Source: an uncultured Methanomicrobiales archaeon (GTDB taxonomy: Archaea; Halobacteriota; Methanomicrobia; Methanomicrobiales; Methanospirillaceae). Taken from it: a stretch of 64,000 bases of DNA. Positions 20,318 through 30,878 of this stretch are shown here, in pieces. The stretch spans positions 352,001 to 416,000 of the forward strand of contig OY969100.1 of the NCBI GenBank assembly GCA_963697895.1, given 5' to 3'. A program made the translations under genes and the position numbers. Position 1 is the stretch's first letter. Every line of letters starts with the position of its first letter. Below the pieces are notes generated by a model. That model searched no databases. It was not told the DNA's origin and worked only from the letters and a program-made list of their open reading frames with translations.

Positions 20318-21235
20318 ATGGATGATTTGTATTGTAGTGGCAGGGAGCCCCGGGAACAGGATAGTCTTATCTTCGCCGATGTCACCTTCGATCATCCGGT
20401 AATCGAGGAGATCAAAGCAGCCGGCCTTACGGCGGTGGATATGCATTATCATACCAATCACTCCGACGGGATGACTCAGGTAAAGGATGCCCTGAAACTT
20501 GCCCGGAAGCGGAGGGTTGGTCTCTCAATAACGGATCATAACGAGATCAGCGGGGTTGTCGAAGCCGCACGCACAGGAAACGAAGTTCTTCTTATCCCGG
20601 GAATTGAGGTCAGTGCGCTTGACGGTCCGCATGTACTGCTTTTTTTTTCTCAGGTATCAGACCTGAAAGAGTTTTATACTCGACATATTGAACCCAACAA
20701 GGGTATTAGTCCCTATCTTGCCACCCGTCTTCCAACAGAAGAGATCGTTCGACGTGCCGAAGACCACAATGCCGTGCGGGTAGCGGCACACCCGTGTGGG
20801 TATTTACTGTTCAATCGGGGTGTACAGCGATGCATCGACCGGGATTGTCTCAGCCCGGATATTATGGATTACTTTGAAGGACTTGAGGTGATCTGCGGTA
20901 CGATGACCCGCGAACATAACGGACAGGCTGCAGAGCTTGCACGGCGGTATCGTCTGGGTATCACCGGGGGAACGGATGGTCATCTCCTCGGAGATCTTGG
21001 ACGGGTAGTGACCTGTACAGAGGCCGATGGTGTGGAGGAGTTCCTCGAGGCAATTATCCGGAGAAAAACCGTTGTTATCGGTGCAGAAAAAACCCTTCTC
21101 GCGAAGGGTATGATGGGGGGCCTCGTCCTTACGCGATATATTAAATATACGATACCCTCTCTGCAGGTCCATTATGAGCAGAATATTCCGCGAATCGGCA
21201 AGTTCCTGAAGAAGACCCGGGATCGTTTCCGGTAA
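20318..21235 (+). CDS. PHP-domain metal-dependent phosphoesterase
   Basis: DMHYHTNHSDG, ITDHN, GIEVS, AAHP, GGTDGH. Confidence 0.88.
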   Translation: MDDLYCSGREPREQDSLIFADVTFDHPVIEEIKAAGLTAVDMHYHTNHSDGMTQVKDALKLARKRRVGLSITDHNEISGVVEAARTGNEVLLIPGIEVSALDGPHVLLFFSQVSDLKEFYTRHIEPNKGISPYLATRLPTEEIVRRAEDHNAVRVAAHPCGYLLFNRGVQRCIDRDCLSPDIMDYFEGLEVICGTMTREHNGQAAELARRYRLGITGGTDGHLLGDLGRVVTCTEADGVEEFLEAIIRRKTVVIGAEKTLLAKGMMGGLVLTRYIKYTIPSLQVHYEQNIPRIGKFLKKTRDRFR

Positions 21236-21536
21236 CGGATGATATCATCCCGTTCCTCGTCGAGGTGTCCATTGTCAATCGGGAAATGGGATGAAATGAT
21301 TATGCCGATACACTCTGATCAGAAAGAATCGATATTTCTTCCATATTCAGTTCTCAACGTGAAAAAAGGGGAAGAGCGTGATAGACGTATGCATAACGAG
21401 CATATTTCTGTGAGGGGTAGGGCGCCATCCTCCGATCTACTGTAAACGTATCCCATGGCGCATCTCTTCCTCATGAGTCAATTATCCTTGAAAAGATCAC
21501 CATGCTTATATGAGGTCGGGTCCGAGAGTTCTTCTG

Positions 21537-22412
21537 ATGAACGGGGAAACCGATCTGATCCAGTCAAGGTATATCGATACACCTGGCGGAAAATACCGGC
21601 TTGTTCTCCGAAAGGAAGATCTTTCTGCATTTTACCCGGGAATGATCCGATACACGATCCTGCTTTTGTCCGGCGAGCGTATATCCGGTACGTTCCGGAC
21701 AAATACCTACGAATATTCCCCCTTAATGCCGCTTGAAGCAGAGCGGGTTGCGTTTCTTATGGCGGAAAAATGGGAGCGGGAGTTAACAGAGAATCCCCGG
21801 GAATTTCTCGATTCACTCAGTCCTGAGCATCACAGGGAGCCGATGGGTTCGATCACGGATGTCGTTGTTGTACAGGGAAGTCCACGTGCCGATGGGAACT
21901 GTAGTATTCTCGCGGGATGGGCTGTAGCGACCGTACATCAGCTGGGAAAAACCGTCCAGGTGATCTATCCACACGATATGGATATCAAACCATGCAGTGG
22001 CTGCTATCAATGTTATAATACCGGTACATGTACGATCGATGACGACATGAATCGCCTTATCATTGCCTTCCGGCATGCATTGCTCGTGGTCATCTGTACC
22101 CCAGTCTATACCAACACGGTCCCCGGGGATCTGAAGATCGTTATCGATCGGTTTTTGGCGTATCACGCGGAACGGACACTGGGTAAAATGGAAAACAGGC
22201 CGAAGGGGCTTCTGTTTTCCGTCGCCGGTAGATCGGGAAGAGGGAACTTCGTCTGCATTACTAAGGTGGTTCATGCTTTCATGCACCATATCGGGATCGT
22301 GCCTGCCGGAGATCTCCTCATCGACGGTATGGATACGCATCGGGATGTGCGGAATATATCCGGGACGAAGGATCAGGTGGAGAACCTGATAAGATCGTGT
22401 TTTCTTTCCTGA
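21537..22412 (+). CDS. Iron-sulfur flavoprotein (Isf)/NADPH-dependent FMN reductase family with N-terminal extension
   Basis: GSPRADGN, CSGCYQC-x5-C, TPVY, LKIVIDR. Start ATG 21537 lies ~25 nt after a TTATAT box (ORF track starts at 21510). Confidence 0.85.
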   Translation: MNGETDLIQSRYIDTPGGKYRLVLRKEDLSAFYPGMIRYTILLLSGERISGTFRTNTYEYSPLMPLEAERVAFLMAEKWERELTENPREFLDSLSPEHHREPMGSITDVVVVQGSPRADGNCSILAGWAVATVHQLGKTVQVIYPHDMDIKPCSGCYQCYNTGTCTIDDDMNRLIIAFRHALLVVICTPVYTNTVPGDLKIVIDRFLAYHAERTLGKMENRPKGLLFSVAGRSGRGNFVCITKVVHAFMHHIGIVPAGDLLIDGMDTHRDVRNISGTKDQVENLIRSCFLS

Positions 22413-22854
22413 ATCACAAAATCCAGACCTTTTTTTCTTTATTTCAGAAAGGAATTATCCGGGATACCGGCAGATCTCTCCGTTATCCTGTTCTCATCTC
22501 TCTCTTTCTTCTTAATTCGCCGAGTAAAACACACGAATTCAAGGATATAGTCAGGACTTATATCCGGATGTCCTGTGGAGGCCATGATCGGTCTCGATGA
22601 ACGGGACCAAATGTACTTCCAAAGGAAATTGTGACCTGCAAGATCACGCTGGGACAAACTTGCGGTTATCCCCACACATAAGAACGGTAGAGTCTGCAGG
22701 TACGCCTGATAAAAATGGAAAACTTACCGGGCTCATAAAACTGTATTGGTCTGGTATCGAGCGATATCATACGTTGATCACTGATACCCTGAATGAACTC
22801 CAGTGTGTTGGGCGATTGGGGCCGCATTCCTTCTCCAATCCGCGTTAATCAAGC

Positions 22855-24276
22855 TTATTCGTGATTCCTGAATGCCCTGGGTGGTATTGTGATCTCGAAC
22901 CGGGCACCTTCTCCAGGGACTCCAGTCTCCCGGATACCGAGACCGGTTATATCCAGAATTTCCTTCACCAGAAACAGACCGAATCCTGTATTACGCCCAA
23001 AACCACGGTCAAATATACGATTTTTATCCTCGTCAGCGATGCCTTCCCCATTATCCTCAACCATCAGGATTCCCTCGTCTCCTTCTTCCCGGAATGACAC
23101 TCTGATCTCGGTTACCTGTCCCCCATGTCGAAGGGAATTGTCAAAAAGATTGGAGAAGACCTTCTCAAGAAGGGGATCAGCAAAAATTTCAAGTGAACCG
23201 GTCCTGATTCGGAGGGAAATATCCGGAGGAATTACATCCTCCGCGAGCCTGACGACATCCTCCACCCGCTGCCATTCTGGTGCCCTGACACCGAGATCCT
23301 GGTAATCGCGGGTGAAGGTGATCTGTCGGCGTATCTGTTTCGTCGCCTTTGTTGCCTGAAGGCAGTACTCCCGCATCTCAGATTCTAATGGGAGCATTTC
23401 TTCCAGGAGGGTCAGATATCCGAGGACCACCATGATCTGGTTGAGGATATCGTGCCGGGTGATGCCTCCGAGAAGGTTCAATTTTTCGTTCGCTGCCTTT
23501 ATCGCATCCCGGTATGTTCTCATCTCGGTAACATCATGGAGCGTCCCGATAACCCTCACGGGGATCCCAACCCCATTTCGCTCGATTACTTTCCCGTGGA
23601 TATTCATCCATTTCCAGCTGCCGTCTTTCCCCCGTATTCGGGCATCAACTGTAAAATGGGGAGATCTTTCTTTTATATGCGCTAAATATGCCTCTTTGAC
23701 ACCTTCGAGGTCTTCTGGATGGATATAGCCCCGGTACCGGGTACCCACGTCTTTGATCTCGGATCCCTGATAACCAAAAATTTCTGGAATTTCGATGACC
23801 AGTGTCATGTCATCACTCACCGGTTCCCACTCCCACACGATGAGCCCATTGGTATCCAAAGCGATCTTCACCCGCTCTTCGCTCCGGCTAAGAAAATCAC
23901 CATGGATCTCCCGAAGGATTATCGCCCTCAAAATGGATGTCTTCGCCTCCTCCTCCGCTTTCTCCATGAAGAAGTCGACTCCGGAGCAGTATGCTTCCTT
24001 TGCAAGTGCTTCGTCTTTCCGGCTGCAGGAAAGGATGAACGGGATATACATTCCTTTTTTTCGAAGTTCCCTTACCAGTTGGATTGCATCTTTGGCAGGC
24101 GGCTCATGCTCGGCAAAAACCACCCGATACTGACCCGCAGAGACACATTCAAGGGCTTTCTGGGTGTCCGGAATCGTATCAACAGCGACATTGTGCTCAT
24201 CCTGAACGACGCCCTTCAGGATCTGCGGTATATCCGGGTCATCCCCAACATATAGTATGGATATCAGAAAAATCAC
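22855..24276 (-). CDS. Hybrid sensor kinase: degenerate REC + PAS/PAC + HisKA-like + HATPase
   Basis: ITRHDILNQ H-box, NLFDNS, DNGEG, GFGLF; PAS IHPED..DGSWKW. Confidence 0.92.
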   Translation of the reverse strand: MIFLISILYVGDDPDIPQILKGVVQDEHNVAVDTIPDTQKALECVSAGQYRVVFAEHEPPAKDAIQLVRELRKKGMYIPFILSCSRKDEALAKEAYCSGVDFFMEKAEEEAKTSILRAIILREIHGDFLSRSEERVKIALDTNGLIVWEWEPVSDDMTLVIEIPEIFGYQGSEIKDVGTRYRGYIHPEDLEGVKEAYLAHIKERSPHFTVDARIRGKDGSWKWMNIHGKVIERNGVGIPVRVIGTLHDVTEMRTYRDAIKAANEKLNLLGGITRHDILNQIMVVLGYLTLLEEMLPLESEMREYCLQATKATKQIRRQITFTRDYQDLGVRAPEWQRVEDVVRLAEDVIPPDISLRIRTGSLEIFADPLLEKVFSNLFDNSLRHGGQVTEIRVSFREEGDEGILMVEDNGEGIADEDKNRIFDRGFGRNTGFGLFLVKEILDITGLGIRETGVPGEGARFEITIPPRAFRNHE

Positions 24277-24605
24277 CCCATCCGCTAATCAGACACCCCA
24301 CCTAATGCCCATCTCAACGGGGAAGAACGATATAGGTTTCGATATGAAAATTCGGAACCTGAATTCCCGAATATACGTTTATGATCCGGGATTGAGGATT
24401 ATTCACCCTTAGGTCACGTCAATCCCAGGCATAGATGATCCTGTGCGAACGGCCCAGGTTAAAAAAAACGATTTGTTTAAACCATTCAACATGCGCGGGC
24501 CGATATATCACGATTGGTGAGAAATTTCGGGGAAATGAAGCATCAGGTCGGTTATCCTGGGTAAAAAAATATTCCCTGTATCCTTAAGTTCGGATATGGT
24601 CCGTT

Positions 24606-25358
24606 TCACCGGAGATCTTCCCGGTCCTGCACGATAAGACCGAGGTATGGCCGTGAACCCGACGGGAATTCCCAGATCATGATCTCTGCCGGAAAACGGG
24701 TGCCGTCCTTCTGAAGCGGGCAGGTGAATGTATAACTGCTGATTTCACCTCCTGGGGATGCCTGGTTAATGCAACATACCTCGAAGATACAATCGCTCGT
24801 AAGTCCGATCAGCTCGTTTCTGGAATACCCGAACAACCGGCACGCGGCTTTGTTGGCATCTACGATCTTCCTGGTGAAACGATCGACCAGGATAAAAGCC
24901 ACGGGGGAAACCTCGAAAAATTTCCTGTATTTTAATGATTGTTCCCGGAGTAATCGCTCATGATCATGATAATAAACCAGCTGACGGATTTTCATCCGGA
25001 TCTCATCATACAGCGCCTTCGGATTGGAGTCCTTCGTCAGATAATAGTCAGCTCCCTGGTTGATCGCTTTCATTGCAACTTTTTCCCATCCCTTTCCGGT
25101 AAGAATCATGAATGGGGTTCGATGGCCGCTGTTCCGGAGCGCGGTGAGCAGATCAAGACCATTTGCTCCGGGCATCTCGTAGTCGCAGATGATCACATCC
25201 ACCGGCTCACGGTCGATACATATAAACGCCTCATTGACCGAATGTGCCTTCACCACTCGTATGTCCCTCTCTTGTTTGAGGAATAATTCCGCAATGTCAA
25301 GGCACTCCGGTTCGTCGTCGACGACAAGAACAGTGATAACCCGGCTCTCCTCCGACAT
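24606..25358 (-). CDS. Response regulator REC + PAS protein (no kinase domain)
   Basis: VLVVDDE, CDYEMPGANG, ILTGKG, GADYYLTK; PAS ANKAACRLFGYS..KDGTRFPAEI. Start probably 25358. Confidence 0.88.
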   Translation of the reverse strand: MSEESRVITVLVVDDEPECLDIAELFLKQERDIRVVKAHSVNEAFICIDREPVDVIICDYEMPGANGLDLLTALRNSGHRTPFMILTGKGWEKVAMKAINQGADYYLTKDSNPKALYDEIRMKIRQLVYYHDHERLLREQSLKYRKFFEVSPVAFILVDRFTRKIVDANKAACRLFGYSRNELIGLTSDCIFEVCCINQASPGGEISSYTFTCPLQKDGTRFPAEIMIWEFPSGSRPYLGLIVQDREDLR

Positions 25359-25541
25359 ATCATCCGAGGAATCAGTTGCAGGACATAAAAATATTTTCAT
25401 ATTCGCCTTTTTTCTCGGAAATTGTTGATCGGGTCATGGCTTTTCTCGTACGCAAAATCACAACAGGTTTTTTGAGAATGCTCTTCTGCAAGCAATGCCC
25501 AAAGGCATATTATCAAGCCCGAGACGATATGTACTGGTACA

Positions 25542-26153
25542 ATGGACCGTGCCCGATTCGCAGAAATAATAATTGTGATTTTTTTCGAGGCTATCTTTGC
25601 AGCCTTAGCGATTCAGGCGATTTTCATCCAGGATTTCCCACGCCTTTTCAATGTAATTGCAGCAATGATCATCGCTGTACTCCCTATCGTCTTTGAGAAG
25701 GTCATGGGGATGTCGCTTCCTTTCGGGGTAAAGAGCCTGGTGCCTTTTGCCCTCTTTTTACATGTCGCCGGAGGAATCATGCGATGGTATTGGTTATACA
25801 TGCCATTTTATGATAAGTTCGCGCATCTTGTTGCAGCGATTGCCATTGGGCTAAGTGTGTTCGTTTTTTTCCTTGTCCTTGACTATTACGGGGTAAGAGT
25901 CAGCAAATGGAAGGTGTTGCTTGGCATATTCATTATAACCCTGTTATTTGGCGGAATCTGGGAATTGGGAGAAAAAACTATCGATCTAATGGTAAAATCG
26001 TCCTATAACAACGGATTGATCGATACGATTGGTGATGAGATAGGTAATATAACGGGTACACTTATTGCCATTTTAATTGCAAATATATATATCAATTCAG
26101 TCCCTTCGGGGAAGAGCATGTCGTGGCTTGTCAGAAAACGAGAAACCTCGTAG
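25542..26153 (+). CDS. Integral membrane protein (DUF2238-like, HxxG/DKxxH/WE/D motif set)
   Basis: About 6 TM; FLHVAGG, FYDKFAH, GIWELGE, DTIGD. Confidence 0.7.
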   Translation: MDRARFAEIIIVIFFEAIFAALAIQAIFIQDFPRLFNVIAAMIIAVLPIVFEKVMGMSLPFGVKSLVPFALFLHVAGGIMRWYWLYMPFYDKFAHLVAAIAIGLSVFVFFLVLDYYGVRVSKWKVLLGIFIITLLFGGIWELGEKTIDLMVKSSYNNGLIDTIGDEIGNITGTLIAILIANIYINSVPSGKSMSWLVRKRETS

Positions 26154-26308
26154 GGTACCCACGATTCGACCATCCCAATACATTAGGGGCATTCTCGGGG
26201 ACTTTTTTGGTGAAATAATATCCAAAGTCCAAATATTTTGGCCGCCCCACCATTACAATCAACGCAGAAAATGGCATCCATTCCAAGTGATTCAACTCCC
26301 GGCAGAAA

Positions 26309-26764
26309 TTATGCAGGTACAAAGATCAAAAGTTTCGTGACATCATAATATGAGAGTGATAACCCGTTTTCATCGACATTAAAACGGGTCGCATTTCGCA
26401 GGAGCGGAAGGTACGCCCCCTCTTGTACCATCCCCTCAGAAGGTCCGTTACATCCGGGGACTATCCCCTCTGTGATGTTACTGGTGGTCAGCAATTCCCC
26501 GCTGGTAGTGTATGTTCCGGAATATCTCGTGCAGTTGCCAATAGTTCCGTTGAAATGACCGTTTTCGTAAAAATTCAGGGTAATCGGGTTGTCGAGGGTG
26601 ACCTGAATAAAATTCCCTTCCCCGTCGTTATATGAAACAAGTCGCCACTGGTTTTTTGTCAGCTCTCCCGTTGGCGGTGAAAAGAATCCCGTAGTGCACC
26701 CGGTGAAACAAATGGCAATAAAAATCAATACCGCAGGAATGAGACGTGTCGGATCCATGTTCAT
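26309..26764 (-). CDS. META/HslJ-domain lipoprotein
   Basis: Lipobox-like FTGC; WRLVSY, ITLNF..G.FNG..CTRYSGTY, E.AYL.LL. Confidence 0.8.
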   Translation of the reverse strand: MNMDPTRLIPAVLIFIAICFTGCTTGFFSPPTGELTKNQWRLVSYNDGEGNFIQVTLDNPITLNFYENGHFNGTIGNCTRYSGTYTTSGELLTTSNITEGIVPGCNGPSEGMVQEGAYLPLLRNATRFNVDENGLSLSYYDVTKLLIFVPA

Positions 26765-26848
26765 CTATCCGCTTCTGATTTAAAATAATAATTATCTATA
26801 CCTAAATACATTGGGTATGCGGGCATAGGAATTCCTGATTAAGAATAT

Positions 26849-27349
26849 GTGAAGATTACTGCTCTTAACCATGATATTTCGTTACCCTCTTATATGATCA
26901 GCGATGACCCCACTGAGGAGATCTTCATGCTGGACTTGCTGCAGAAGTTTGAGAAGATCATCTATATTGCGTTGGTCATCCTGCTCGCAATTGTTGTCAT
27001 TTTTTCAGTGATCGAGCTCGGATATCTGGTGTTTATCAGCCTCATAAACAATAGTATCCGTCTGGAGACCTATGATCTGCTCAATCTTCTCGGTTTTTTC
27101 CTCCTTGTGCTGATTGGAGTCGAACTTCTGGACACGATCCGGGTCTATATCGAGAAAAATGAGATTCATGTTGAGGTGATTGTGCTCCTCGCGATAATCG
27201 CCGTTGCCCGTAAGGTAATCATCCTTGACCCGACTGCCCTTGATTACTCTCTCCTTGTCGGTCTTGGAGTACTCTTCTTTGCCCTCGCGGCAGGATACTA
27301 CCTGATCAAGCGGGCCGGAAATCCGTTCAAGGATTGGGGAATTTCGTAG
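26849..27349 (+). CDS. Phosphate-starvation-inducible PsiE-like membrane protein
   Basis: 4 TM; LLVLIGVELLDTI, IHVEVI..AIIAVARKVIILD. True start probably downstream (26894 or 26927). Confidence 0.82.
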   Translation: MKITALNHDISLPSYMISDDPTEEIFMLDLLQKFEKIIYIALVILLAIVVIFSVIELGYLVFISLINNSIRLETYDLLNLLGFFLLVLIGVELLDTIRVYIEKNEIHVEVIVLLAIIAVARKVIILDPTALDYSLLVGLGVLFFALAAGYYLIKRAGNPFKDWGIS

Positions 27350-27550
27350 TTCTCGTATTAAACCATTTAAAATTAGATCTGGTGGGATATTTTAGGGATT
27401 TTTCGCGTTGATTTGACCGGACACCGGGTTTGTATGCTCATTATCTGGCTTCCGATCCTCCGTCCGACGAATCAGCAACTGCTGCAGGAAGTGTATAATT
27501 TTTTTCCGAAGATTTCTATTTAATAAACGATGATTCCGGGCAGGTGTCGA

Positions 27551-29401
27551 TCAGGGTGTATTCCGGTACTGCCCGGCCGGCACATGGATCTCGAACCGGG
27601 CACCATGGCCTGGATCTCCTGATTCGGTGATCGAGAGGTTAGTGATCGAGAGTATCTCCCTGACGAGGAAAAGCCCAAGTCCACTCTTCCCCCCTGCATT
27701 TCGTTCGAATATCCGTGTTTTCCGGTCGCCGGGGATCCCACATCCATTATCTTCGAAGATCAAGATAAGCCCGTATTCCGATTTACGGGTAGATAGTGAG
27801 ATTTCAGTCACTGATTCTCCATGCACGATCGAATTTTCAATGAGATTGTAGAAGACCTTTGGGAGCAACGGGTCCGCATATAGTTCGAGACCATCGAGCT
27901 CTTCGTGAATATTCACTGCCCCAGTGTTGAGGTACGAAAGGCCATCCATCAGAATTTGACGGATGTTCTGCCATTCAGGGGCAGACTGGCCGATATTTTC
28001 ATAATCCCGTGCGAAATCGATCTGGTGGCGGATCGCATCAATAGCTTCGGTCTGAGCCTTAACGAAACTCTGGATCATCGGGTCCGTAGTCTGTTGACGG
28101 GTCAGTTCCAGATACCCGGAGAGGACGTAAAGGCGGTTCAGGATATCATGCCGGGTGATGGAAAAAAGGAGGTTTAATTTTTTGTTCGAGATCATCAGGG
28201 CCTCTTCCGCCTGTTTCCTCCCGGTAATATCGCGGATCGCGAGAAGATTTGCAGCATTTCCTCTGAACTGTATCTTTGTTCCCAACCCTTCGATGATTAA
28301 TTCGCGTCCTCCAGGTATCCGTACGGTGTATTCCTGGAGATAGCCGTCAAGGCCCCTATATACATTCATCAGGTCGTTGATGGCAATCTCCCGGGATTCC
28401 GGTGCAAGAAGGTCCAGACTGTTCTTACCGATGATCTCCTCTGCAGAATCCATCTCCAGTACCCTCCTGATTGTCTGATTCGCAAAGAGGATCGTACCAG
28501 CAAAGTCCTGTATAAGGATACCATCCAGGGAATTCTCGACGAGTGCCCGGTATTTTTCTTCACTTTCCTTTAGCGCTTCAGCGATCAGGCGTTCCTGTGT
28601 AACATCACGACCGCAACCGACTGTCCCGATCATCCGGTGCTCGTCGTTCCAGAACGGGGTCTTTAAAACATCAAGATAAAGGAGATCTCCCTTCACACGA
28701 CCGCACTCCTGGAACCGTCCGGGTTTTTGACTGCTTATAACGACTTCATCGGATTCCCGGCATCGGGTATCGAAAGTATGCCAATCCGTCTCCTCCTGAT
28801 GCCGCTTTCGCTCACGATCTCCAAAGTATCGATCCCTTTTCCCAATCGGTTCATTCGTATCAGAAGCATTCAGGATCTTTTCACAAATCGCTTTGTTACA
28901 AAAAATATACTTGCCATCCGGATCTTTCGCCCAGATGAGATCGGGGACGTTGTCACACATCAACCGGACCATGGAGTAGAGGGATCGATATTTCTGTTCA
29001 CTTTCGACGAGTTCCTGTTTCGTTCGGTTCTGCAACACCGCAAGTTTGATCTTATGGATGAGTTCGGCAAATTGTGCTGACGGGTCACCACCCTTCTGGA
29101 GGTAAAAAGAAGCTCCGTTGTTAATCGCCTCGATAACGACCTCTTCTCTCCCCTTCCCGGTAAAGATGATGAACGGGGTTTTATCCTCTTGTGCCCGGAG
29201 CATCTTGAGGAACTCGATCCCGTTAATATCCGGCATGATATAATCAGATACTACCGCATCGTACTTTTTTTCCTTCATTTTTCCCAGTGCTTCGGCTGCT
29301 GAAAGGGCCGTATCCACCGCTATTGAACCTTCTTTTTCGATAAACAGGCGGGCAAGGGTGAGGATCTCAGGTTCATCGTCGACGAGCAGGACCAATAGCA
29401 T
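27551..29401 (-). CDS. Hybrid sensor histidine kinase REC-PAS-PAS-HisKA-HATPase
   Basis: VDDE, SDYIMPDING, FTGKG, two PAS domains, ITRHDILN, NLIENS, DNGCG, GLGLF. Confidence 0.94.
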   Translation of the reverse strand: MLLVLLVDDEPEILTLARLFIEKEGSIAVDTALSAAEALGKMKEKKYDAVVSDYIMPDINGIEFLKMLRAQEDKTPFIIFTGKGREEVVIEAINNGASFYLQKGGDPSAQFAELIHKIKLAVLQNRTKQELVESEQKYRSLYSMVRLMCDNVPDLIWAKDPDGKYIFCNKAICEKILNASDTNEPIGKRDRYFGDRERKRHQEETDWHTFDTRCRESDEVVISSQKPGRFQECGRVKGDLLYLDVLKTPFWNDEHRMIGTVGCGRDVTQERLIAEALKESEEKYRALVENSLDGILIQDFAGTILFANQTIRRVLEMDSAEEIIGKNSLDLLAPESREIAINDLMNVYRGLDGYLQEYTVRIPGGRELIIEGLGTKIQFRGNAANLLAIRDITGRKQAEEALMISNKKLNLLFSITRHDILNRLYVLSGYLELTRQQTTDPMIQSFVKAQTEAIDAIRHQIDFARDYENIGQSAPEWQNIRQILMDGLSYLNTGAVNIHEELDGLELYADPLLPKVFYNLIENSIVHGESVTEISLSTRKSEYGLILIFEDNGCGIPGDRKTRIFERNAGGKSGLGLFLVREILSITNLSITESGDPGHGARFEIHVPAGQYRNTP

Positions 29402-29629
29402 GGAAATCTATCACCTCTATGTATGGAATAGGCAGGTGTCGATGAGAGCAGATATAAGCATAACTGATTATAAGGGATTAATCATACATCAAATACTTTC
29501 TCCGGAGAACAATAATTTTTTTTCTCTCCCCGCAAATAAGGCCAAATCTCCGAGACATGATTACATCCTTGACTTACTCTTCTTGTCTATTCACCAGCTC
29601 TTTTATTCCGGGCGGGAAAAATAGTATCA

Positions 29630-30271
29630 GTGATCGTGAGCAGCAACCATCTGATTCCCACAGATAAACCATCCCGGATTCCGGACACCTGTGAATATTC
29701 GGCGATCAGGGAGATCTGCAATCGGCTGAACGGTGCGAAGACCCGCGGGGAGCTCGGATTACTCCTGGCACAGGAAGTCAGTCGGTACTCGATCTCTGAC
29801 CTGCAGATTATCGGAGGAAGGTTAACCCGCGAGGTGGATATACTCCCCTCACCCTATCGCGAGCGGATTCGCCCGTATTTTACGGAACAGCTCTTCGGTA
29901 TTCATCATATGCTTCTTCAGATGTATCGTAACGGCAATTTCAGGACAATGTACGTACCACTTCCGGATAAGAACCAATCCTTGTCATACTGGGAGATGGT
30001 TCCGCAGGGGTGCTTTTCATGGGATGATCGGGGGGAAAAAAGCTCGTTCGGCTATTCATCATATCACCGCTTATTCTACTACCTGATATCCGGGTTCGCC
30101 ATGCTGGTCCTGGATAGACCGGGGCATCCGGTCGGAACGCCGTTTCCCGGGGGTTTTTTTGTAGAAAAAAAAAGTGACGAATACCGTTGTCCGGTCCGGG
30201 ATAAAGAAAAAGATGTTTATTTTTCAATATGTAACTATTGCCCGGCAAAACAAAGCGATATGCCACGGTAG
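29630..30271 (+). CDS. DUF2115 (UPF0305) family protein
   Basis: PGHPVGTPFPGGF..YRCPVRDKE....SICNYCPAKQ; methanogen-typical. Confidence 0.85.
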   Translation: MIVSSNHLIPTDKPSRIPDTCEYSAIREICNRLNGAKTRGELGLLLAQEVSRYSISDLQIIGGRLTREVDILPSPYRERIRPYFTEQLFGIHHMLLQMYRNGNFRTMYVPLPDKNQSLSYWEMVPQGCFSWDDRGEKSSFGYSSYHRLFYYLISGFAMLVLDRPGHPVGTPFPGGFFVEKKSDEYRCPVRDKEKDVYFSICNYCPAKQSDMPR

Positions 30272-30404
30272 CGTAATGAGGGACCTTAAATCCCAAAGAC
30301 AGGAATAGTTAAGGCTTGGCCGCGATTTGTACCAGTACCCTTCGAGCTTTGTCATTTCTTACCCGGGAGACATATTTGCCGCACGCTCGTCGACAAAATC
30401 CTCT

Positions 30405-30746
30405 TCAGGTTCGAATATAGGCATATCCTTCCCGCTGTCTCCTTACCAGCTCTCCGACCCCGGACGGTACAGGTTCGACGAAAGGCATAATCCCCTCACG
30501 GGACAGGTTGCGGATTCGCATGCTGTTGGCGCACGCGGTGAACCGCACCCCTTCGCCCGACAGTAGGCCGGCCTCCTCCAAATGGGGTCCGTTTTGCTTG
30601 ACAGCATAGACACCATCGCTGTTAGCCATAACTTCCACGATAACGGAACCAATCCCCGGGTCTGCAAAAAGGTTCCGGATCTCATCGAGAATTACACCGA
30701 ACCGATCCGGCTCGGCCAGGTGGAATATAACGAAGTTCGATTCCAT
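30405..30746 (-). CDS. DsrE-family protein
   Basis: VIFH, VEVMANSDGV, GVRFTACANSM, VPSGVGELVRRQREGYAYIR. Confidence 0.88.
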   Translation of the reverse strand: MESNFVIFHLAEPDRFGVILDEIRNLFADPGIGSVIVEVMANSDGVYAVKQNGPHLEEAGLLSGEGVRFTACANSMRIRNLSREGIMPFVEPVPSGVGELVRRQREGYAYIRT

Positions 30747-30878
30747 GTTGATTCCTCTTCCAGATCGTGTCGGGGGGAGATGAATGTATCCGTATAATGT
30801 TCGAAATTGAGGGTGCTATTTGAAGGAGGAATGTATCCTTTCCCCTTTATGGTAAATGTCAACCTCCCATCTGTAATT

